DNA from: Macrostomum lignano
Taxonomy: Eukaryota
Length of the DNA: 64,000 nucleotides
Reading direction: 5' to 3'
Assembly: GCA_002269645.1 (NCBI GenBank)
Contig: NIVC01002865.1
Location: 70,194 to 134,193 of the forward strand
Shown: positions 15,746 to 27,700 of the stretch, in pieces
Layout: each line of letters starts with the position of its first letter
Position numbering within the stretch: position 1 is the stretch's first letter
The notes under the pieces: generated by a model
The model's input: the letters and a program-made list of their open reading frames with translations, nothing else
Told to the model about the DNA's origin: nothing
Database searches by the model: none
Position numbers and translations under genes: made by a program

Positions 15746-18700
15746 ATGCATGTCGCTCAAATTTGTCTAGTAGGTCTAACTTTTCTTTTTCGAGCCACAT
15801 TTGCTTTCTACCTACCTGGATTAGCTCCTATCAATTACTGCACCGAGGCTACTAGGAAAACTGCTTCGTGCCAGGTAATTATTAATTTTTAACTTGGCTA
15901 TTTGATTTCTGTGTATCGTTAGATCTCTTCTAGCACATATATTATATGTAACTATTTATGTTGGGCTAATTAAAGTGAATATAATCACAAGCCCTAAGTG
16001 ATTATTATTATATCAGGAATATATCAGCATAGATAAAATGTCAAATTAATGTTTCTAGGCTAGGCCTAGCACTTAAATTCTAGGCCTAGGCCTAAGCCCT
16101 AACCAAATTTTATAATTGTCAACTGTAAAGCTTGGCAAAAACTTTTGAATTCGTTTCAAATATATTATCAAATTAAATAACTATTAGTAATCACAATTAT
16201 ATTCCCAGTTCCAGTTATATAATATCTTAGATTCTTGGTTAGGATTAGGATATGTATATCAATAGGCCTAGTATGCCTTGTAGGCCTAATATATTATTAT
16301 TGTATGTAGTATAAGAATATTTTGTACTATGCTTGTAGTTGTACTTTTATTAATTATACTAAAATTAATATTATTATTTTGTTTTACTTTGATAATGATC
16401 AAATTTTGGCAGTGCTTATCCCCGCAGTACCATAGGAATAATTTCTGTCTTATTCCAATGGTACCATGGGAACAATTTTCTGCTTATCCACATGGCACAC
16501 TGACAAGATAGCTGGCCCATCTTCTACATATGCCATGGGAATAATTTAGTTTAGTACTTATGGTTTAAGTGCAGTATAACGACATAACTTTGCTTGACAA
16601 TTTGTTTAAAAGAAGTAAAGATTTAATGGCCTTTTTATGCAAAAAAACGCTGGTCGTAGTGTTGATCCAGATCAACAGCTTCTTAGTATCCTCAATTCAA
16701 ATTCCCTTTCAAAAAGCTATAAACTATTCACGTACAGGAATAGCATATATATAGAAGATGGCAGCTATCTTGTCAGTGTGCCATGCGGATAGGCAGAAAA
16801 TTATTCCCACGGTACCATTGGAATAAGACATAAAATATTCCTATGGTACCGTGGGGATAAGCACTGCCTAAAATTTTTTATACATTCTAATCTAAGTTTA
16901 GAATTTGCTTTATTTTATATACTTTTCTTATAATTTGAAATTTATATTCAAAGTAGATTTCAGGATAGCTTTGATATATAGATAGATTGATCTATATAAA
17001 GATTGATCCACATTGCTAATATATAGGTTAATGTAATAAAAGTTTTTTTGATATACCAATTGAGTGACATACTCATATTTATTGTAGCATATATTCATGT
17101 ATTATTAAGAATTAATTTTTTTGTTTTTTAAAGTTTTCTCTTTATTAAAATATTTGCTATAAAAACTTATTTTACTAAGAATTAAGAAAATTAAATATTC
17201 AATAAAAAATTAATCTTGTTTAACTTTTGCAAGGTTTTTATTATCAATTATATCATGTGTCTTTTTACTTTTACTAAGTTTTACTTGAGTTGAAAACTAA
17301 TTGGTATTTATATTTTGTTACCTTCTAAACTATATAGTGTCTATATATGACTATAGAAGTTATACTCGTAAGAATAGTTTTAAACTTACTATATGTTCCA
17401 TGGGTATTATTAGTTATTATTGCCATAAATGTTTTATTATAATATTACTTCCCCTGTCAATTTTTACTTCTAGGCCTATATGTTGAAACACAATTAAATA
17501 TATACACTAACTCATATTCTTACTTCAGTCAAACTTGCCACTATATGTGAACCGGCTAGATTCTGCTAAATCTATTCTATCCTATGAATATGATAAGTAA
17601 GCCATTTAGTTATTGATTTTTGTGTACAAATTTGAAAACAGAAATATAATACTTATAAACCAACATTTTGCATCACAGATTTGACTTCTGTCAGTCAAAC
17701 TCAACAGCTGCCAATCCAGTTGAAAATCTTGGCCAGGTGCTATTTGGAGAGAGGATTCGCCTCTCACCATATTCTATCAAGTTTCTTGAGCCTCAGTCCT
17801 GCATTCCAGTCTGCACCAAGGTCTACAAGCCCTCCGATTCTGTGTCAATGGCTAAACTGCAATTCTTAAAGAATGGCATTTTACTGAATTATCAGCAGCA
17901 CTGGATAGTGGACAATCTGCCTGTGACTTGGTGCCTGCTGTCTGAGGATCAGAAGAAACAGGTTAGTTCTAAACTATTCTTAGATTATGCTGCTCAGAAA
18001 TCCCCTTTATGGCACTTTAGATAGGGTTCTTATAGAATGACGCCCCCAGCAGACTTACAGAATGGCGCACCATCAGATTTACAGAATGGCGCCCCCATCG
18101 GATTTACAGAATGGCGCCCCCATCGGATTTACAGAATGGCGCCCCCATCGGATTTACAGAATGGCGCCCCCATCGGATTTACAGAATGGTGCCCCCATCG
18201 GATTTACAGAATGGCGCCCCCATCGGATTTACAGAATGGCGCCCCCATCGGATTTACAGAATGGCGCCCCCATCGGATTTACAGAATGGCGCCCCCATCG
18301 GATTTACAGAATGGCGCCCCCATCAGAGTCACAGAATGGCGCCCCCATCAGAGTCACAGAATGGCGCCCCCATCGGATTTACAGAATGGCGCCCCATCAG
18401 ATTTACAGAATGGCGCCCCCATCAGAGCCACAGAATGGCGCCCCCATCAGAGCCACAGAATGGCGCCCCCATCAGAGTCACAGAATGGCGCCCCCATCAG
18501 AGCCACAGAATGGCGCCCCCATCAGAGCCACAGAATGGCGCCCCCATCAGAGTCACAGAATGGCGCCCCCATCAGAGCCACAGAATGGCGCCCCCATCAG
18601 AGCCACAGAATGGTGCCCCCATCGGATTTACAGAATGGCGCCCCCATCGGATTTACAGAATGGCGCCCCCATCGGATTTACAGAATGGCGCACCATCAGA

Positions 18701-21700
18701 TTTACAGAATGGCGCCCCATCAGATTTACAGAATGGCGCCCCCATCAGAGTCACAGAATGGCGCCCCTATCAGAGTCACAGAATGGCGCCCCCATCAGAG
18801 CCACAGAATGGCGCCCCCATCAGAGCCACAGAATGGCGCCCCCATCAGAGCCACAGAATGGTGCCCCCATCAGAGTCACAGAATGGCGCCCCCATCAGAG
18901 CCACAGAATGGCGCCCCCATCAGAGCCACAGAATGGTGCCCCCATCGGATTTACAGAATGGTGCCCCCATCGGATTTACAGAATGGCGCCCCCATCGGAT
19001 TTACAGAATGGCGCCCCCATCGGATTTACAGAATGGCGCCCCATCAGATTTACAGAATGGCGCCCCCATCAGAGCCACAGAATGGCGCCCCCATCAGAGC
19101 CACAGAATGGCGCCCCCATCGGATTTACAGAATGGCGCCCCCATCAGAGTCACAGAATGGCACCCCCATCAGAGTCACAGAATGGCACCCCCATCAGAGT
19201 CACAGAATGGCACCCCCATCAGAGTCACAGAATGGCGCCCCCATCAGAGTCACAGAATGGCGCCCCCATCAGAGTCACAGATGGCGCCCCCATCAGAGTC
19301 ACAGAATGGCGCCCCCATCAGAGTCACAGAATGGCGCCCCCATCAGAGTCACAGATGGCGCCCCCATCAGAGTCACAGAATGGCGCCCCCATCAGAGCCA
19401 CAGAATGGCGCCCCCATCAGAGCCACAGAATGGCGCCCCCATCAGAGCCACAGAATGGCGCCCCCATCAGAGTCACAGAATGGCGCCCCCATCAGAGCCA
19501 CAGAATGGCGCCCCCATCAGAGCCACAGAATGGTGCCCCCATCGGATTTACAGAATGGCGCCCCCATCGGATTTACAGAATGGCGCCCCCATCGGATTTA
19601 CAGAATGGCGCCCCCATCGGATTTACAGAATGGCGCCCCCATCGGATTTACAGAATGGCGCCCCCATCGGATTTACAGAATGGCGCCCCCATCGGATTTA
19701 CAGAATGGCGCCCCCATCGGATTTACAGAATGGCGCCCCCATCAGAGTCACAGAATGGCACCCCCATCAGAGTCACAGAATGGCACCCCCATCAGAGTCA
19801 CAGAATGGCACCCCCATCAGAGTCACAGAATGGCGCCCCCATCAGAGTCACAGAATGGCGCCCCCATCAGAGTCACAGATGGCGCCCCCATCAGAGTCAC
19901 AGAATGGCGCCCCCATCAGAGTCACAGAATGGCGCCCCCATCAGAGTCACAGATGGCGCCCCCATCAGAGTCACAGAATGGCGCCCCCATCAGAGTCACA
20001 GAATGGCACCCCCATCAGAGTCACAGAATGGCGCCCCCATCAGAGTCACAGAATGGCGCCCCCATCAGAGTCACAGAAGGCGCCCCCATCAGAGTCACAG
20101 AATGGCGCCCCCATCAGAGTCACAGAATGGCGCCCCCATCAGAGTCACAGAATGGCGCCCCCATCAGAGTCACAGAATGGCACCCCCATCAGAGTCACAG
20201 AATGGCGCCCCCATCAGAGTCACAGAATGGCGCCCCCATCAGAGTCACAGAATGGCGCCCCCATCAGAGTCACAGATGGCGCCCCCATCAGAGTCACAGA
20301 ATGGCACCCCCATCAGAGTCACAGAATGGCGCCCCCATCAGAGTCACAGAATGGCGCCCCCATCAGAGTCACAGATGGCGCCCCCATCAGAGTCACAGAA
20401 TGGCGCCCCCATCAGAGTCACAGATGGCGCCCCCATCAGAGTCACAGAATGGCGCCCCCATCAGAGTCACAGATGGCGCCCCCGTCAGAGTCACAGAATG
20501 GCGCCCCCATCAGAGTCACAGATGGCGCCCCCATCAGAGTCACAGAATGGCGCCCCCATCAGAGTCACAGAATGGCGCCCCCATCAGAGTCACAGAATGG
20601 CGCCCCCATCAGAGTCACAGAATGGCACCCCCATCAGAGTCACAGAATGGCGCCCCCATCAGAGTCACAGAATGGCGCCCCCATCAGAGTCACAGAATGG
20701 CGCCCCCATCAGAGTCACAGATGGCGCCCCCATCAGAGTCACAGAATGGCACCCCCATCAGAGTCACAGAATGGCGCCCCCATCAGAGTCACAGAATGGC
20801 GCCCCCATCAGAGTCACAGATGGCGCCCCCATCAGAGTCACAGAATGGCGCCCCCATCAGAGTCACAGATGGCGCCCCCATCAGAGTCACAGAATGGCGC
20901 CCCCATCAGAGTCACAGATGGCGCCCCCGTCAGAGTCACAGAATGGCGCCCCCATCAGAGTCACAGAATGGCGCCCCCATCAGAGTCACAGATGGCGCCC
21001 CCGTCAGAGTCACAGAATGGCGCCCCCATCAGAGTCACAGAATGGCGCCCCCATCAGAGTCACAGAATGCATGCCTGTTTTCAATCAAATTCAAAACGTC
21101 ACCCCGCACTCCCAGCTGTGCCTGCCCAGTTTCCCACTCGGTTGCTACGTGTCTAGCAACGGCGAACGTCGCGACGCTTGCGCCTCATTTTCATTCGACT
21201 CGCGTTTGAGCTCGGGTAACACAGCCTACGTGTTCAACCACGTCAACCTGACGGTGACCTATCACGGCAGCGCCGGTTCGAGCTGGGGTGACAGTCTGGA
21301 GAATGCCGGCCGAGTGATTTCTGTCAGGGCTGAGCCAATGAGTCTGGCGCATTCGGCTGGGTTGGCCTCACTCGACTGCTCAAGTGCTAGTCAGCCAGCT
21401 TTGGCTATACCCATTGAGAAGGCTCTGGACAAGGAGCTGAAGGTTAGCTACAGCTTTGGGTCCTTGTGTCTTCTTATCTTCAATGTTTTCTGCAACGATA
21501 TGTTGCAAAATCTTAATGTGTCTAACACCCAGTCCGTCATATCTAACACCCGTCTGTCGTATTTAACACCCAGTCCGCCATATCTAACACCAAGTGCGTC
21601 ATATCTAACACCCGTCTGTCGTATCTAACACCCAGTCCGTAATATCTAACACCTTTTTCTGCCATATCTAACACCCAGTCTGTCATATCTAACACCAAGT

Positions 21701-24700
21701 GCGTCATATCTAACACCCGTCTATCGTATCTAACACCCAGTCCGTCATATCTAACACCATAATCTATCATATCTAACACCCAGTCCGTCATATCTAACAC
21801 CATAATCTATCATATCTAACACCCAGTCTGTCATATCTAACACCCAGTCCGTCATATCTAACACCCGTCTGTCATATTTAACACCCAGTCCATCATATCT
21901 AACACCCGTCTGTCATATCTAACACCTTAATCTACCATTCTACCATATCTAACACCCAATCCGATATATCTAACACCCGTCTGTCGTATCTAACACCTTA
22001 ATCTACCATTCTACCATATCTAACACCCAATCCGATATATCTAACACCCGTCTGTCGTATCCAACACCCAGTCCGTAATATCTAACACCTTTTTCTGATA
22101 TATCTAACACCCAGTCTGTCATATCTAACACCTTAATCTACCATTCTACCATATCTAACACCCAATCCGATATATCTAACACCCGTCTGTCGTATCTAAC
22201 ACCTTAATCTACCATTCTACCATATCTAACACCCAATCCGATATATCTAACACCCGTCTGTCGTATCCAACACCCGTCTGTCGTATCCAACACCCAGTCC
22301 GTAATATCTAACACCTTTTTCTGCCATATCTAACACCCAGTCTGTCATATCTAACACCTTAATCTACCATATCTATTACTCGTCCGTCAGTCATATAAAA
22401 TACTTTAACACTAACACACACACATTAGTAAAAGATTCCATCACATTATCTAACAGAGCTATTTTCTCTAACTGTTTACCCGGCAGATAACCTATACCTA
22501 CTCTGTCAACTTCATTCGCGACGATAAAATTCGTTGGAGCTCTCGCTGGGACTACATACTGCAGTCCATGCCGCACTCCAGCATCCAGTGGTTCACGCTG
22601 ATCAACGCTCTGGTCATTGTTATATTCCTTAGCGGCATGGTGGCCATGATCCTGCTGCGCACATTGCACAAAGACATTGCCAGGTATAACAATAATGGCG
22701 TGGGAGCTTCCCAGCAGCAGCTTGAAGATGCGGCTGAGGAGTTTGGCTGGAAGCTGGTTCACGCTGATGTGTTCAGGACGCCCGACTGCCCCCTGCTGCT
22801 CTGCGTGTTGACCGGGTCTGGGGCTCAGGTGAGGGGAGGGCTAAGGGAGGAGCGGAGATGCAGACTCAGGGACTGAGGGAGGAGCGGAGAGGCAGACTCA
22901 GGGACTGAGGGAGGAGCGGAGAGGTAGACTCAGGGACTGAAGGAGGAGCGAAGAGGCAGACTCAGAGACTGAGGGAGGACCGGAGAGACAGTTTCAGCAG
23001 TTCCATCATATATTTATGGTATTTGTACTTCACCTATGATTTACTAAACTTGCCCCAAGGTGGCCTGCATGTCGGTGATCACCCTGGCATTTGCCTGTCT
23101 CGGATTTCTCAGCCCGGCCAACCGCGGCGCCCTGATGACCTGCGCTGTGGTGCTGTATCCCCTGCTGGGCTCCCCGGCTGGCTACGTGTCCGCCCGGCTG
23201 TACAAGCGGTTCCAGGGCGTGGCTTGGAAGACTCAGGTGAGCGATCAATTTTTGTATGAGTTTTGTGCAGTTGGATTGAGAATCGCCCCACAACCCCTAT
23301 CAGGAATCGCCCCACAACCTCATCAGGAATCGCCCCACAACCCCATCAGGAATCGCCCCACAACCCCACCAAAAATCGCCCCACAACCCCACCAAAAATC
23401 GCCCCACAAACCCCATCAAGAATCGCCCCACAACCCCATCAAGAATTGCCTCATAAACCCCATCAGGAATCGCCCCACAACCCCATCAAGAATCGCCCCA
23501 CAACCCCATCAGGAATCGCCCCATAACCCCATCAGGATTCGCCCCACAACCCTATCAAGAATCGCCATCACCCCACCCGCAGGTGCTGCTGACAGCCCTG
23601 CTCTGCCCGGGCCTGGTGTTCGGAGTATTCTTCATCCTGAACCTGATGCTGTGGGCCAAGGGCAGCTCAGCGGCCGTGCCATTCGCCACTATTGTTGGCT
23701 TGCTAGCCCTGTGGCTCTGCGTGTCAGTTCCGCTGTGCTTTGCCGGGGCCTATTTTGGCTACAAGAAGTCAGTTATTGAACTGCCGGTGCGGGTCAACCA
23801 GATTCCCAGGCAGGTCGGTGCAAATCCTGCTGTGGTCTTACTGACTGACTCACTGACTCACTGACTCACTGACTCACTGACTCACTGACTCACTGACTCA
23901 CTGACTCACTGACTCACTGACTCACTGACTCACTGACTCACTGACTCACTGACTCACTGACTCACTGACTCACTGACTCACTGACTCACTGACTGACTGA
24001 CTGACTGACTGACTGACTAACTAACAAGTGAACCTGGTGAATCCGCAGGTGCCCCGCCAGTCGCTGTTCCTGCGCACCGCGCCATCCATCCTGGCCGGCG
24101 GCATCCTGCCATTCGGGTGCATCTTCATCCAGCTGCACTTGATCTTCAACTCCATCTGGGGCACGGAGGTGTTCTACATGTTCGGCTTCCTGTTCCTGGC
24201 CTTTCTCATCTTGCTAATCACGTGCTCGGAGACCGCCGTATTGCTCTGCTATTTCCAGCTCTGCGCCGAGAATCACAGGTGGTGGTGGCGGGCGTACCTG
24301 ACTGGTGGTGCCACCTCCATCTACCTGCTGCTGTACTCGGTGCACTATTACGCAACCAAAATGGCAGTGGACGGCGCCGTGTCTGCCTGCCTGTTCTTTG
24401 GCTACACGGCTATCATTGCGCTGATGTGCTTCCTGCTAACAGGTGAGAGGAAGTGGCCGGTTGATCTTCAGTTTAAAAAATCGCCATCTTATCTGTAATT
24501 TTAAAAATCGCTTTTTTATAGCATTTCCCAGTCGATAGCGCGGTACACATAGAGTCAGTTTCTAGATTCCTGCAATCTGGTTCGCACATGTGGAAATCAT
24601 TATTGAGCCTAGCAATCAATTTAGTTATTATATGATGCCATTCATACCTTTAAAACTCAACGACTACCACTACTGGCATGTTGTAATCAAAATAGGGTTG

Positions 24701-27700
24701 CATTCAATGGACTTAGCGCTTTCTGTGATCTATTTCACTACATGTAGTAGGTAACTCACATCTCAAAATGGCTGTTCTCAAAATAGTCACTGCTTTAATT
24801 TGCTCTGAAAATTTAACTCCTGTGATTCAATTTGGCTGAGCAAGTCCGTAGAAACCGAACGACAAAAACTGATCGGCAACAACTGGTTGATGCCTTTGAA
24901 GCTGGTGACGACTGGAAGGCACTGGCTAACGTCCTAAACATCAAGAATTCCACTGCGAGATCGATCATCGCTACCTGGGTTCGAGAAGCTCGGACTGCCA
25001 AGCTGAGGTGTGGTGGAAGAAGGCATGTAAAGTTGGACGCCGAGATGAACGAGTCTTCCAAATAGTCCCCGAGAAACCATTCGTAACTCTCGTTGAAGTC
25101 AAGGAGCTTCTGCACCAGAGACTGCCTGCCCGGAAAGCCGCCTGTGTCTATCTCTACCATCGCCATGAGTGCTGGAAGGCAGCTCATCACCTGCAAAGTT
25201 GCAGGCAAGGATGCCGATGCTCCTCTGTAGAGAAATCGGCCTGACGTCTCATCGTCGCCCGGAAGGATTTCGCCCGCTTCTTTGTTAATCTAGGGGCCAA
25301 TAATCACCATCTTATCTTCTTAGACGAATGCGGCTATAATCTGCACACAAGGAGAACTATCAGGCCGATCAACAAGGCAGGCCGATCATTAACAGACAAT
25401 TAATATTCATGGACTCTTTCTGATATTGTTGGTATGATTTTGCATTGCGCTGAACCAGACAGTTGAAATTTATGAAAATAAATTGAAACTGATGAAGGAA
25501 CATGCCTCCGATTTAGTGCTTCCAGCAACAAAGGCAATTAAAACACGAACTTGGCACAGAAACGAATAAAATTCGCGCTATGATCGAGTCAGTGTTGCGG
25601 TTTCTCCTCACCGCTCGATTCGTCGCGGTGGAAGGCTGCCTCAGAGTGCGCCAGGCCGCATCTTCGGCAGCGATGCAGGAACCGACAGCTCTTGCGTTCG
25701 CACCCGCGTATCCTGTTGTAGTCGAAGCAAACCAGTTGATTGCGCTTCTGGGCACCACCCCCCGATTGCTGCTTCTGGGGAGCCATGAGGTACGCCGCAA
25801 CCAGACTCAGGTCCGAGCTGTGCGACTCCCACTTGCCATCAGACGTTTGGCTGAGCCGGCACTCGTCATCAAATCTCATCACACGGCTCTTGTCGAAGCC
25901 CAGGTCCAACAACTCGCCAATGCGTGCGGTGTACCTGAGATAGTCTCTGAGCTCTGCCACATCCAATCGACCATGCTGATCCAGTCTGACTAGACGCCCG
26001 TCAGTCAGCATCTGAAGCATCGCCTGCGCATTGCCCGTCACCCAATCGCCTAACGACAGCGCCTCGACCGCCACTTCTTTAGACTTACTCTGGCCTAGAA
26101 GACACTGCTTGCGCTTGCTGACGAAGTCAACGATTCGGTAGACGCTACTGGTACTTCTCCCTGAGGCTCCCATGTTCTCATGCTGCTGCCCAACTTCATG
26201 CTGCACACATCCAGTTAGGCAATTTAGCAACTCACCCGGTACATCACGTGCCTCAGAACGGCCGACCCGTAGCTGCGCGAACTCGGATTCCAGCTGCGCT
26301 TCTTCTTTGCGCAGCTTCAGCAGACGGATTCGCTTCTCCGCCTCCAGCAGCTGTTCGTCCAGGCCGCCAGCCGCGCCAGACCCACCGTTCTCGACCTGTC
26401 GCCGATTTGGGGGGCTGCCCCCGCTGCTCGCTACCGCCGAGTTCTGCCCTGTAGCTCGCAGAATGGCCTGAACGTTCGTCAGCTCGTCACTCTCGACAGA
26501 GGTCTCCACGTCTTGAATATGGGCGCGAAGCCTTTGGACTAGTTTTGCTTTGTTGCCAGAGGTTGGCAAACCAAGCTCCTTTAGTTTCCCTCGCAGTGCT
26601 GGCACAGTTGTGGGGACGGAATCGGCTGACTGGCTACGGGTGCGGTTCATGACTCAGCAAAAGTTTCTATTTCTAAGTCAAAAAAATTCACTGCGAGAAG
26701 GCAAAGTGAGCCGCCAGTAGAGCGCGACGGGGGTTTAAAAACACCCCTGCCACCCAAGGGGGGGGGCAGGCGGCGATGTACAATCAACGCGCTGGGCACT
26801 AAAGCCGGTTTGTGCACTTTCGCCGCACAAACCAGTCCATTACAGGATTTGAAAACTGATTGCTAGGCTCAATAGTGATTTCTTCATGTGCGAACAAGAT
26901 TGCTGCACACGATATTGACTGCAGTGTATTGGTACGACTGATGACGGACAGAAGATTTCTGCGAACCAGATTGCAGGAATCTAGAAACTGACTATGTGGA
27001 CCGCGCTTTTGACCGCGAAAGAATTGCCAATTAATCTTCAGTTTTTTTAAATCGCCATTTAGTCTACAATTTAAACAATCGCCATTTTATCTTCTATTTA
27101 AAAAATCGCTTTTTATCTTTGATTTAAAAAATCGTATTTTAACTTCAAATAAAAAATCGGGTCGTTCGCAAATTCTAGGAGGAGCAAAAATTTTAACAAT
27201 TTTCCGAACATTTACTATTGTTACTGCCATATTCAAAATAATAGGACACTTTTATCTGTGAATAAAGATAATTTTTGGGTTGAACTTTATCATGAAAAAG
27301 TGTTTTTAATCATCTGGCGGTATTAAGCGATAATTAGCGATGAAAAAATTCAAATTCAATCATTTCACCGATGTTAATTTTTGATACTACAAGATGTCTG
27401 TAGCTAAAAAAAGTTGTTGTTGTGTTGAAACCTTGCTATATTACATTTAAAATGAAAGCTTATATAAATTTAATTTAAGAATTTTTTAAAGCTCAATAAA
27501 CTGCACTATAAATGATTTTATAGACGCTAAACTGGACGCCTAGCATTTCCGGTGGGATAGCCTCTTTGCGTCTCACAAAATGTATTTTTCAGCTGACGTC
27601 TAGAATGTGCGCTTAAAATGATACATTTTGATGCAGATAATTAGAAAAACATGTCTTATTATCTTTTTGTAAAAAAATTGTTATGAAATAGAGCACTATT

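Larger units (their letters stand above)
24520..27028. mobile_element. Element bounded by terminal inverted repeats (TIRs), Tc1/IS630-mariner type, about 2.5 kb, in TM9SF2 intron 8
   Basis: The left TIR 24520-24618 (AGCGCGG..CACATAG..TCAGTTTCTAGATTCCTGCAATCTGGTTCGCA..GAAATCA.TATTGAGCCTAGCAATCA) is mirrored at 26858-26896 plus 26961-27028. Confidence 0.8.

Noticed and set aside
21443-21460. Extension of TM9SF2 exon 4 as VSYS
   Set aside because: The next exon already supplies ITYTYSV, and a phase-0 GT donor at 21443 fits.
18037-21628. Three ORFs of more than 1000 aa as genuine genes
   Set aside because: They are translations of a stop-free 25-bp array inside a GT-AG intron of TM9SF2, whose flanking exons join in frame.
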